Assembly: GCA_036746235.1 (NCBI GenBank)
Contig: DAIOEN010000005.1
Span: 7,879 to 71,878, forward strand
Source of the DNA: Vulcanimicrobiota bacterium
Lineage (GTDB): Bacteria; Vulcanimicrobiota; SpSt-956; JAKJGF01
Direction of reading: 5' to 3'
Length of the DNA stretch: 64,000 nt
The notes beneath the pieces are model-generated. The model did not search any database. It had not been told where the DNA came from and saw only the letters and a program-made list of their open reading frames with translations. Made by a program: the position numbers and the translations under genes. The stretch's first letter is position 1. Each line of letters opens with the position of its first letter. Below, piece by piece: positions 28,899 through 36,690 of this stretch.

Positions 28899-29561
28899 TT
28901 ATAGCTTTTCTTTCAATAATTTTTCAATCTTCTGAATAGATAATTCATCAAGGCTTTTTATTACCATATCTGCATGGGATAAATCCATTTCATTTTCCTT
29001 TCTTGCAAGACCGAAGGTGAATATGCCTGCATTCAATCCTGCCCTGACTCCTTCTATGGCATCTTCTATGACTATACAGTTTTCCGGTTCAACCTTTAAC
29101 CTGTCTGCAGCAGTTAAAAATATTTCCGGATCAGGTTTTCCTCTTTTAAAATCACAGCCTGTTATCACTTCATCAAATAAATTATAAATGTCAATCTTGT
29201 TCAGTATAAGTGCCGCATTTTTGCTAGATGATGCAACTGCTGTTTTCAGATTTTCTTTTTTCAGAATTTTAATCAGATTTATTGCATCCTGAAAGGGTAA
29301 AGGAGGATTTTTTTCTACAGATGCCAGAAAATATCTCTGTTTTTTTGATGCCATTTCTTTTAGTTTTTCTTCTGACCCGTTTATTGCTACAGATGAAATA
29401 CCTTCCAGTCTGGGTTTCCCGTCTACTTTTTCTCTGTATATATGTTCATCAAAATAAAAACCTTCTTCTGTAAACATCCTGTACCATGCCCTGTAATGAC
29501 AGGGCACTGTATCGGTAATCACACCATCCATGTCGAAAATAATACCTTTTAATTTCCTCAT
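28899..29561 (-). CDS. pgmB: beta-phosphoglucomutase (HAD superfamily)
   Basis: 220 aa. HAD motif I IIFDMDGVITDT, ..VASSSKNA.., GKPDPEIF, VIEDAIEGV. Adjacent to the GH65 phosphorylase. Confidence 0.85.
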   Translation of the reverse strand: MRKLKGIIFDMDGVITDTVPCHYRAWYRMFTEEGFYFDEHIYREKVDGKPRLEGISSVAINGSEEKLKEMASKKQRYFLASVEKNPPLPFQDAINLIKILKKENLKTAVASSSKNAALILNKIDIYNLFDEVITGCDFKRGKPDPEIFLTAADRLKVEPENCIVIEDAIEGVRAGLNAGIFTFGLARKENEMDLSHADMVIKSLDELSIQKIEKLLKEKL

Positions 29562-29595
29562 AGTAGACCTCCATTGTTTATAAATTTAGAGCACA

Positions 29596-29673
29596 GGAAT
29601 TTTCATTTTTTATGGCGTAAAATAAAGCTTTAGATAAAATCTTATCTGGAAGCAATTATCTAAATAATTTACC
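29596..29673 (+). repeat. intergenic repeat family X, copy 4
   Basis: ggaattttcattttttatggcgtaaaataaagctttagataaaatcttatctggaagcaattatctaaataatttacc. Confidence 0.75.
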
Positions 29674-29971
29674 GTAGAATAAAAATTTATTAACTGTCTC
29701 ATGTTTGCCTGAACCGGCACCTGTGATAACAGGAGTTACGCAGATTTCAAAAATAAATAGACCGGAGCCTTTCCAGTCTTTTTTATATATATTTTTTCCT
29801 GAAAATTATACCGGTCATCTGAGTATAGATAAAAAAATAATTACCCTGAACTGCCTGCAGAGTCTTTATTAATTTAAAGGTATGGGAAATTTTGAGTCTG
29901 TTAGATGTTTTGTGTAAACTCTCCATGAAATAAGGATTATTAGATGTTTACACAAAATTTATGACAATCTC

Positions 29972-30051
29972 GGAATTTTTTTCGTTTTTAATGGCGTAAA
30001 ATAAAGATTTAGATGAAATCTTATCTCGAGCCAGATGTCTAAATAATTTAA
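29972..30051 (+). repeat. intergenic repeat family X, copy 5
   Basis: ggaatttttttcgtttttaatggcgtaaaataaagatttagatgaaatcttatctcgagccagatgtctaaataatttaa. Confidence 0.75.
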
Positions 30052-30272
30052 TCCCTTCAGTTCAAAATACTCCATTACTGGTTTTATACAGAATTTACCG
30101 GATAAAGCCCTGTTACAGGTAGCCATATACTTCTGCCTGGTTCTTATGTTGAAAGATCTCATTTTTAACTCTTTCTCTCTTTTTATCATTTTCTGTATCT
30201 TTAAGTTCACTGTAAATCCTTTTTGAAAGAGATAGAACATTTACTCCCTTTTCTTTCTGCTCCTTTAGGCAA

Positions 30273-30365
30273 TTACTCTGCAGGTTTACCTGTCCTGTCA
30301 TAGGCAGACCTGGCTGTCTTGTAATACTTATTTCCTATGAATGTTCCTGTATTACTTACATTCAT
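30273..30365 (-). CDS. 30-aa ORF (MNVSNTGTFIGNKYYKTARSAYDRTGKPAE) behind a full promoter module; possibly the 5' part of a frameshifted gene
   Basis: Strong RBS aaggagg 8 nt before ATG 30365. Below the track's size cut-off. Overlapped out of frame by ORF 30113..30301. Confidence 0.3.
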   Translation of the reverse strand: MNVSNTGTFIGNKYYKTARSAYDRTGKPAE

Positions 30366-30409
30366 AATATAAACCTCCTTATGTTTTATATTTTCTAAAT
30401 TATAAAATA

Positions 30410-30512
30410 ATTATAGAATAAATTATTTTCTCTGCAATATGTAAAATGTTAATAAAATGTTAATAAAATATATAATTGATAATAATGTAATATAGACAAA
30501 AAATAACGTTAA
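30410..30512 (-). promoter_or_regulatory. conserved regulon promoter module, copy I
   Basis: Minus strand: aacgtt (30505-30510), tgtct, attaacattttattaaca (30447-30464), 31 nt, tataat (30410-30415). Confidence 0.75.
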
Positions 30513-30759
30513 TGTGAAAATATAAAAATCAGATGGATAAAATATCTATGAATTTGAACAGGAAAAATAAGGATATTATGTTTTTATAGATTCTGCCTGA
30601 ATAGATGTAGAATAATTTTTCTATCATGTTCTCAAGGGTAATCAAATAAAAATAGACAGAAAATAACTTTTTGCCTTTTCATCCTTTTTTTGCACATTCT
30701 TTTTAATTTTTTATGATTCTCACAGTTTTATTACAGAATAATTATAGTTGAATAACATT

Positions 30760-30860
30760 AACGTTATATTCTGTCCTTTTTACTATATTTGCATGTATGT
30801 CTTTGTTAACATTTTTTTAACATTTTTTATAAAACAAAAGAGTTTATCTTTCTGTATAAT
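30760..30860 (+). promoter_or_regulatory. conserved regulon promoter module, copy J
   Basis: aacgtt 30760-30765, tgtcc 30772-30776, gttaacatttttttaaca 30805-30822, 32 nt, tg-tataat (30855-30860). Confidence 0.75.
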
Positions 30861-30901
30861 ATAAACACTGTAAAATATAAAATATTAAAGGAGGAGAGAT
30901 T

Positions 30902-31405
30902 ATGAAAATTAATAACCTGACAAATCCTGTAACTCTTCAGATAAGAAAAAATAAAGGGGCGGAAAAAAAAGAGGGTGAATTTAAAGAAGAGGTAATTCCT
31001 GGTAATAGTTTTGAAAAACCGGATTTTCTCAAACTTCAGCCCGGAAATGTGCAAAACTCTTCCATTAAAAAAAGTATTACTGATACAATTACCAATCCTA
31101 AAGTTATTCTTTCTGGCATGGCCTCTGCCTCTGCTGTAGCAGGATATGCGGGATATATTCTGGGCGGACCTGCAGGTACCGGTGTTGCAATGGCATTAAT
31201 GATTACTGCAGGAGGATTAATTGAGAAAAAGATTTATGGTGACGGCTCTTTAATGGCCTTTGTTGGTGCCGGAGCGGCAATTGGAGGAAGCATTTCTGCC
31301 TGTATTGGTTCTCCTCTCTTTTCATTGCCAAGTGCAGCGATTATAGGTTCTACCACTGCTTTCCTTGGAGCAAGTTATCTCATGGGATCCAGCTGGGGAT
31401 CTTAA
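30902..31405 (+). CDS. leader + glycine-zipper membrane protein (167 aa)
   Basis: ggaggag RBS. MKINNLTNPVTLQ leader. C-terminal ~100 aa Gly/Ala-rich hydrophobic region (GMASASAVAGYAGYILGGPAGTGVAMALMITAGG..GAGAAIGGSISACIG). Confidence 0.75.
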   Translation: MKINNLTNPVTLQIRKNKGAEKKEGEFKEEVIPGNSFEKPDFLKLQPGNVQNSSIKKSITDTITNPKVILSGMASASAVAGYAGYILGGPAGTGVAMALMITAGGLIEKKIYGDGSLMAFVGAGAAIGGSISACIGSPLFSLPSAAIIGSTTAFLGASYLMGSSWGS

Positions 31406-31575
31406 TTGAGAGAAAAAATCTGATGTCTCTATTAAAAGTCTATGCTCATCTCTACAGGAACCCTTCAGACAGACAAAAACCTGTCAGAACTTCTGGATTA
31501 AGCAGATTTTTGCACTAACAGACATGGCCGGAGGGGACATGTCTGTTAATCTGAAAAATATAATTTTAAAATATA

Positions 31576-31654
31576 GGAAATTTCATTTTTTATGGCGTAA
31601 AATAAAGCTTTAGATAAAATTTTATCTAAAGACAAATGTCTGAATAATTTAACG
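31576..31654 (+). repeat. intergenic repeat family X, copy 6
   Basis: ggaaatttcattttttatggcgtaaaataaagctttagataaaattttatctaaagacaaatgtctgaataatttaacg. Confidence 0.75.
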
Positions 31655-31721
31655 ACATTTGTTATGTAATTCCAATAAAAACTGACTCATGGATGATGAT
31701 AGCTGAACTCTTACTATATTT

Positions 31722-32663
31722 TTATGTATGTACCGTTCCAGGAATATTTTTTCTTTCCCAGGCAACAGTCCTTATGAGGCCTTCTTCTAAAGATACTATT
31801 TCTTTATAACCCAGTTCTTTTCTTATTCTTTCTGTATTTACAATAAGATCCTGGGCATAATTATTGCCATCGCAGATTTCTTCTCCTTCAAGTATCTCAC
31901 CTTTCCACTCTGCCGCTTCTGCTATCTTTCTTACCCATTCTATGACAGAAAGATGATTTTCATCTCCTCCGTTATAAATTTTTCCTTTTGCCTTTTCATC
32001 TGTTACTGCCAGTGTTATGGCATGAGCCATATTTTCAACATATCCTGCCGGCATATGCCAGGAAGCTCTATTTTTTTCAATTATAAGAGGGCCCGGTTTT
32101 TCATCCATTTCTTTAAGATATTCCCTTACTCTGTGCTGCCCGTCTCCCGGGCCGTAAATTGCAGGAAGTCTTATAATGGTTCCAGGTAAATTCTTACTGG
32201 ATAATACAGTCTTTTCTACGGGGATTTTATCGTAATCTTCACAACCTGCAATTCTGCCCCGGTATGGATAAAGTTTCCGGCGCAGGGGAGAGTCTTCTGT
32301 AAGAGGCATCTTTTCCGGAGGTCCTTCTTCAAAATTCTCAAATATTCCGAAAGCAAGGTAAACATCATGACTGCTTGCAGTCACAATCCTTCCTGCTATA
32401 TCTGTAAAAACCTTCATTACTTCTATGGCATGTTCTTCAGTAAGGGCAATCATATCCAGAATTACATCTGGAGAAAGTTTTTCAAAATCTTTCCTGTAAG
32501 AGTAAAGGTCTTTTCTATCTCCGAGAATTTCCTTTACACCTGGAGGTACTTTTATATTGTTTCTGCCTCTGTGAAAAATTGTAATACTATGACCTGCCTC
32601 ATAAAGGGATTTTACTATAAAAGGACCTGTAAATCTGGTTCCTCCTATTATCAGAATCTTCAT
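31722..32663 (-). CDS. NAD-dependent epimerase/dehydratase (extended SDR)
   Basis: 313 aa. N-terminal Rossmann motif MKILIIGGTRFTGPFIV. Confidence 0.8.
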   Translation of the reverse strand: MKILIIGGTRFTGPFIVKSLYEAGHSITIFHRGRNNIKVPPGVKEILGDRKDLYSYRKDFEKLSPDVILDMIALTEEHAIEVMKVFTDIAGRIVTASSHDVYLAFGIFENFEEGPPEKMPLTEDSPLRRKLYPYRGRIAGCEDYDKIPVEKTVLSSKNLPGTIIRLPAIYGPGDGQHRVREYLKEMDEKPGPLIIEKNRASWHMPAGYVENMAHAITLAVTDEKAKGKIYNGGDENHLSVIEWVRKIAEAAEWKGEILEGEEICDGNNYAQDLIVNTERIRKELGYKEIVSLEEGLIRTVAWERKNIPGTVHT

Positions 32664-32732
32664 ATTTTCTTATCCTTTTCTATAGTATGTTTCTATAATA
32701 TTTTTCATTGGGGAAACAAATATTTTCTCTAT

Positions 32733-33425
32733 TCAGAATCTGTTATTTCCATCTAATTCTATGATCATTTTTGTGAAACTATTTACATTATGACCTGAAG
32801 GTACTTTCATGGAAGTATCTGTTTCAACTATGGATTTTATAAGTTTTCCTTCATTATAAGCAAAATATGTTGTTCCTGTTACTGTCATTGTCTGGGTAAT
32901 ATTTTCCTGAAGGGGTATAACAGTTTCAGGAGAAGAAACATTTATTTTTACACAGTCATAACCTTTTATATGTTCAAAATTTTCCAGTATATGATCTGTT
33001 TTTAATATAACTGTTTTATCGCTTCCAGGTATTTCTAATTTGCTTTCTCCTGCCCATGTGTCCCCCTTACCTACCGGTGTATCGGGAAAAGAAGGATGGG
33101 TCTGTCCTCCTGAGCCATTTTCCGACATCTGAAATATTTCCCCATTTTTTTTCATTTTTACCGGCATAACCTGTCCTGCATAGGGGACAGGTATTTCTTC
33201 CCCATTTCTTTTCAGAGATGCTGAATCTATGGATACTTCTAACTTTATTCCATCATCGGGGAATATACTTTTTACAGTCTGAGTGGTTATCATTTCCATA
33301 ATAGATGATACAATATTTGTTTTACCTTCTGCCATCACTTCCGTATCTGCTTCTACAGTTGTTCTGTATCTTGCCACATCTCCCTGTTTTAATCTGTACT
33401 CCAGTTGAATTTTTTTCTCACTCAT
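32733..33425 (-). CDS. hypothetical soluble beta-rich protein driven by promoter module K
   Basis: aaggagag RBS before ATG 33425 (MSEKKIQLEYRLKQGD..). No recognisable family. Confidence 0.55.
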   Translation of the reverse strand: MSEKKIQLEYRLKQGDVARYRTTVEADTEVMAEGKTNIVSSIMEMITTQTVKSIFPDDGIKLEVSIDSASLKRNGEEIPVPYAGQVMPVKMKKNGEIFQMSENGSGGQTHPSFPDTPVGKGDTWAGESKLEIPGSDKTVILKTDHILENFEHIKGYDCVKINVSSPETVIPLQENITQTMTVTGTTYFAYNEGKLIKSIVETDTSMKVPSGHNVNSFTKMIIELDGNNRF

Positions 33426-33457
33426 AATTAATACTCTCCTTTTTAACATTTATATGT

Positions 33458-33560
33458 ATTTTATCAGAGGTATTTTTAAATTATTCAGATTATTTGTTAA
33501 TAATATGTTAACAGGAATAATAGTAAAATATTATATAAAATGGACTTGAAGTAACGTTTA
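33458..33560 (-). promoter_or_regulatory. conserved regulon promoter module, copy K (upstream box degenerate)
   Basis: Minus strand: aacgtt (33553-33558), agtcc, gttaacatattattaaca (33495-33512), 31 nt, taaaat (33458-33463). Confidence 0.65.
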
Positions 33561-33845
33561 TATGCAGTTTTAAATAATTCATAATCTGTAAAAATTTCAG
33601 CATCTTTCTTTTTTTGAACTTAAATAACTGATTTTATAATGTATTTTGAATTTTTTCTCCTGAATAAACGGCGGTTTAATTATCATCCTGTGGTGAAATG
33701 ATATGAACCATAAATAAAATAGAGAGTAAAGATTCTTTTGTTTAATTTACCATGAAATAAGGCTTTAATAGATGTTTGCAGAAAATTTATGACAGCCATC
33801 GAAAATATTCATTGAAGGTTTTATAATTTTTCTATTTTTTATGTT

Positions 33846-33945
33846 ATCGTTTTCCTCTGTCTGAATTTACTATATTTACATGTATGGATCTGCTGGCATT
33901 TTTTTACGTTTTTTATATTGCATAAGAAATAATTTATTCTATAAT
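33846..33945 (+). promoter_or_regulatory. variant promoter module L (skeleton kept, TTAACA repeats replaced)
   Basis: atcgtt 33846-33851, tgtct 33858-33862, tttactatatttaca as in modules F, J and O. gctggcatttttttacg replaces gttaacatttttttaaca. About 30 nt on is tataat (33940-33945). Confidence 0.55.
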
Positions 33946-33995
33946 ATTTATAATAATTTTATAAACTTTCCTGAGTGATAGAAAGGATTTTATAA

Positions 33996-34382
33996 ATGTA
34001 TAAAGCAAACATAATGATTGTAGACGACGAACCTGATATTCTGGAAGTTTTTACATTGTTTCTGGGAAATGATTGTAATATTTTTACAGAGAGAAATGCA
34101 CTGTATGCCATGGAAAAATTCATTCTGGTAAAACCGGATATTCTTATAACAGATGTGAATATGCCCGGTATGTCAGGTATAGATTTATTAGAAAAGGTAA
34201 AAGAAATATCACCTTCTACGGAAGTTATTGTAATGTCAGGTAATATGGAAGAATTTTTAAATGCCAGACTGTCAGGTGCTTTTGACTGTATGTTAAAACC
34301 TGTAACTGTAGATGAATTAAGAAATACAGTAAATAAGGCCATAAAAAAAATCAATAATGCAGAATATAATGTATGCATATGA
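33996..34382 (+). CDS. single-domain response regulator (CheY-like receiver)
   Basis: IMIVDDEPDILEVF..DILITDVNMPGMSGIDLL..MLKP. No output domain. Confidence 0.85.
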   Translation: MYKANIMIVDDEPDILEVFTLFLGNDCNIFTERNALYAMEKFILVKPDILITDVNMPGMSGIDLLEKVKEISPSTEVIVMSGNMEEFLNARLSGAFDCMLKPVTVDELRNTVNKAIKKINNAEYNVCI

Positions 34383-34483
34383 GATTAACAGAAAATAGAA
34401 TAAACATAGTGGATGTGTATAATTACTCTGGTAAATGCAATTACTTCCATCATGAATGACGAAATAAGAAGGGTTGAGAATTT

Positions 34484-36034
34484 ATGAATAAATTAATAAA
34501 ACTTTTAAATGAACACAGTGAAGATATTTTTATGGAAACAAATAATCTTACCTGTCTTATAGATAATACAGGAAATATTATTGATTTTAACAGGGTTTTT
34601 GAAGAACTTGCAGGTTCTATAAAACCTGGCATCAGTAATATAAATGAATTTCTGACAGATTCAGGTTTTCGTATCCTTTTTCGTATTATTTCGGATTTGA
34701 AGCTGAATAAAAGGAATAATTCTATCAGAGTTGTTCTGAATTTTTCATTTAATGCTCATCCTGTGCCTGTTCCGTATGATTGTCTCATATTGTCATGCAA
34801 AGAAAAGAGTATTATTATTTACGGAGAACTCATTCCTCATTCCTGTCATGAAGAAAAACAGAAATATCTGGAACTTGCCGCTGAAATGTCAGAGGTTAAA
34901 AGAGAAGTGCAGAAGAATAAAGATGACCTGGAAAAACTTTCTTCCGAACTGGCAAAAAAGGATGAAGAACTGTCATATGCAAAAATTGCAATCGAATCTG
35001 CAAATATGGAAAAAAATAAATTTTCTCACCTGATGAGTGATGAAATAATGACTTATGTTAAGGAAATTAAAAGCATGACAGGTTTTCTTATGGATACGGT
35101 TCTCACGTTGGAACAGATGGGATTTGTTGGAAAAATAAGAATTGCCGGAAATAAACTTCTTACTCTTACAAACGGTAATTCCCATGATTCTGATATTGAA
35201 ACATGGAAAAGAGATACCAGAACTGTTCCTTTAAATTCCGTTAACTATGTTGAAGAATCGTCAGATTTAAATGAACCTCTCAAAATACTCCTTGCAGATG
35301 ATCATGCCATGAATCAGAAAATGACAATTAAACTGCTTGAACAGTTCGGATTCATTGCCGAGCGTGCATCGAGCGGCCTGGATGTGATTGAAGCTATGGA
35401 AAAAGAGGATTATGATGTAATTTTAATGGATGTAAAAATGGAAAAAATGGATGGTCTTGAAGCAACCAGATATATTCGAAGTAATATACCGCAGGAAAGA
35501 CAGCCAGCGATAATAGCTATGACTGCGGCGACTTCAACAGAAGATATAGACCTGTGTCTTGAGGCAGGTATGGATGATTATATAGGAAAACCAATAAGAA
35601 TAGAAAAATTGGTTGAAATGCTTAAAAAAAATAATAAGACCGTGGAACATAACAATAATATCCCATATGTAATATGTTCTTCCTCTCCAGCTGAAGAGAT
35701 AGAATTTTTTGATAGAGAAGATTTAATGGAGAGACTTAATTATAATGAAAACTTATGCAGTAAATTGATAAACCTTTTTATGAATAATGTTTCTTCTCAT
35801 ATGGAAAAATTAAAAGTATCACTGTTAAAAGGAGATTTAAAATCTGTAAATTTTATAGCCCATTCCATTAAAGGTCTTTCTTTAAATATATGTTCCAGGA
35901 AACTTTCAGATACTGCTTTGAAAATAGAAGAAGCCTCTCTTGGAGGAAATGGCTCCATATATAGTCTGATTGATAGACTTCAACGGGAATTTCAAAGTTT
36001 TAAGAATGTAGCCGGCAATAATTGTATAAAATGA
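34484..36034 (+). CDS. phosphorelay protein: PAS-like region, degenerate HisKA (no HATPase), receiver, Hpt
   Basis: 516 aa. The H-box-like FSHLMSDEIMTYV has D where the 2031-aa kinase has H ([13 protein letters not shown]). Receiver ILLADDHAMNQ..VILMDVKMEKMDG..GKP. Hpt HSIKGLSLNI. Confidence 0.75.
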   Translation: MNKLIKLLNEHSEDIFMETNNLTCLIDNTGNIIDFNRVFEELAGSIKPGISNINEFLTDSGFRILFRIISDLKLNKRNNSIRVVLNFSFNAHPVPVPYDCLILSCKEKSIIIYGELIPHSCHEEKQKYLELAAEMSEVKREVQKNKDDLEKLSSELAKKDEELSYAKIAIESANMEKNKFSHLMSDEIMTYVKEIKSMTGFLMDTVLTLEQMGFVGKIRIAGNKLLTLTNGNSHDSDIETWKRDTRTVPLNSVNYVEESSDLNEPLKILLADDHAMNQKMTIKLLEQFGFIAERASSGLDVIEAMEKEDYDVILMDVKMEKMDGLEATRYIRSNIPQERQPAIIAMTAATSTEDIDLCLEAGMDDYIGKPIRIEKLVEMLKKNNKTVEHNNNIPYVICSSSPAEEIEFFDREDLMERLNYNENLCSKLINLFMNNVSSHMEKLKVSLLKGDLKSVNFIAHSIKGLSLNICSRKLSDTALKIEEASLGGNGSIYSLIDRLQREFQSFKNVAGNNCIK

Positions 36035-36194
36035 AATTATTTCGGTTATTATCTGTAAAGGATTTGAAAAATGAGCTTGAGAAAGCAGTAGTTTTAGACA
36101 CTGGTTCCCATACGATAGAACTCATGTGTTTCCATGCCGATAAACAGGGCTATATTTTTCCAGTTTTATTTGCCGGTAAAAAACTCCTGTAAAC

Positions 36195-36315
36195 AGTATT
36201 TCCGATGGTATAATCTTTCAATTTAAAATAACCTTCATGCTGCTCCATTATCTTTTCAGAAACAGGAATATATATTTTTTCTCCTGCTTCTTTCCATTTC
36301 TGTAATTCCTTTGAA
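36195..36315 (-). pseudogene. ~120-nt remnant of a GH65 phosphorylase gene
   Basis: By-eye alignment with 27163..27272 (taatctttcaattt.aaata.ccttcatgctgctcca...ccatttctgtaattcctttg). Translates to KELQKWKEAGEKIYIP.SE..EQHEGYFKLKDYT. Confidence 0.7.
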
Positions 36316-36690
36316 TATGTAATTACCGTAAAAGCTGACAGCTGATTGCTGGCATCTGAAAGCTTACAAAAAATAGACAGAAAGCAACATTTATTGTTTT
36401 AATAAAATATAGAGGATATTTAAAGTTTTCTGCAGAAACATTAAATCTGTAAAGGCCGACATAAACGCGATGAATAATGGAGAACTCTGTGTTAAAGTAT
36501 CTGATAATGAGCACTGTACAGGTAGTAGTAATACCGGTTAATCTATGGGGTTATAACTTCATTACCTTTTCACAGGCAATATTCATTTATACTGACTTGG
36601 TTACCATGTTTGCTGGTAATTATCTAACATGGCTTTTATTTTACATGCAGATGATGGTACAGGTAAAATCTGTATGACAGGTTATAAAAT

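Noticed and set aside
29959-30240. 93-aa minus-strand ORF overlapping repeat X5.
   Set aside because: It reads through the X repeat element, has no RBS, and is basic and low-complexity. It is likely non-coding.
7724-31405. Resemblance of the MKINN.. N-termini to flagellin N-termini (M-x-I-N-x-N), which would suggest flagellar type III export.
   Set aside because: Similarity is limited to ~6 residues, and the conserved flagellin ND0/ND1 continuation (..ALNxL..SSGxRIN..) is absent. No sigma-28-type promoter or flagellar genes are present in the window. I keep it only as a remote idea.
36036-36190. Short + strand reading frame after 34484..36034 (KLFRLLSVKDLKNELEKAVVLDTGSHTIELMCFHADKQGYIFPVLFAGKKLL).
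   Set aside because: There is no start codon or RBS, and any resemblance to a CheW/CheV-type fragment is too weak to support from sequence alone.
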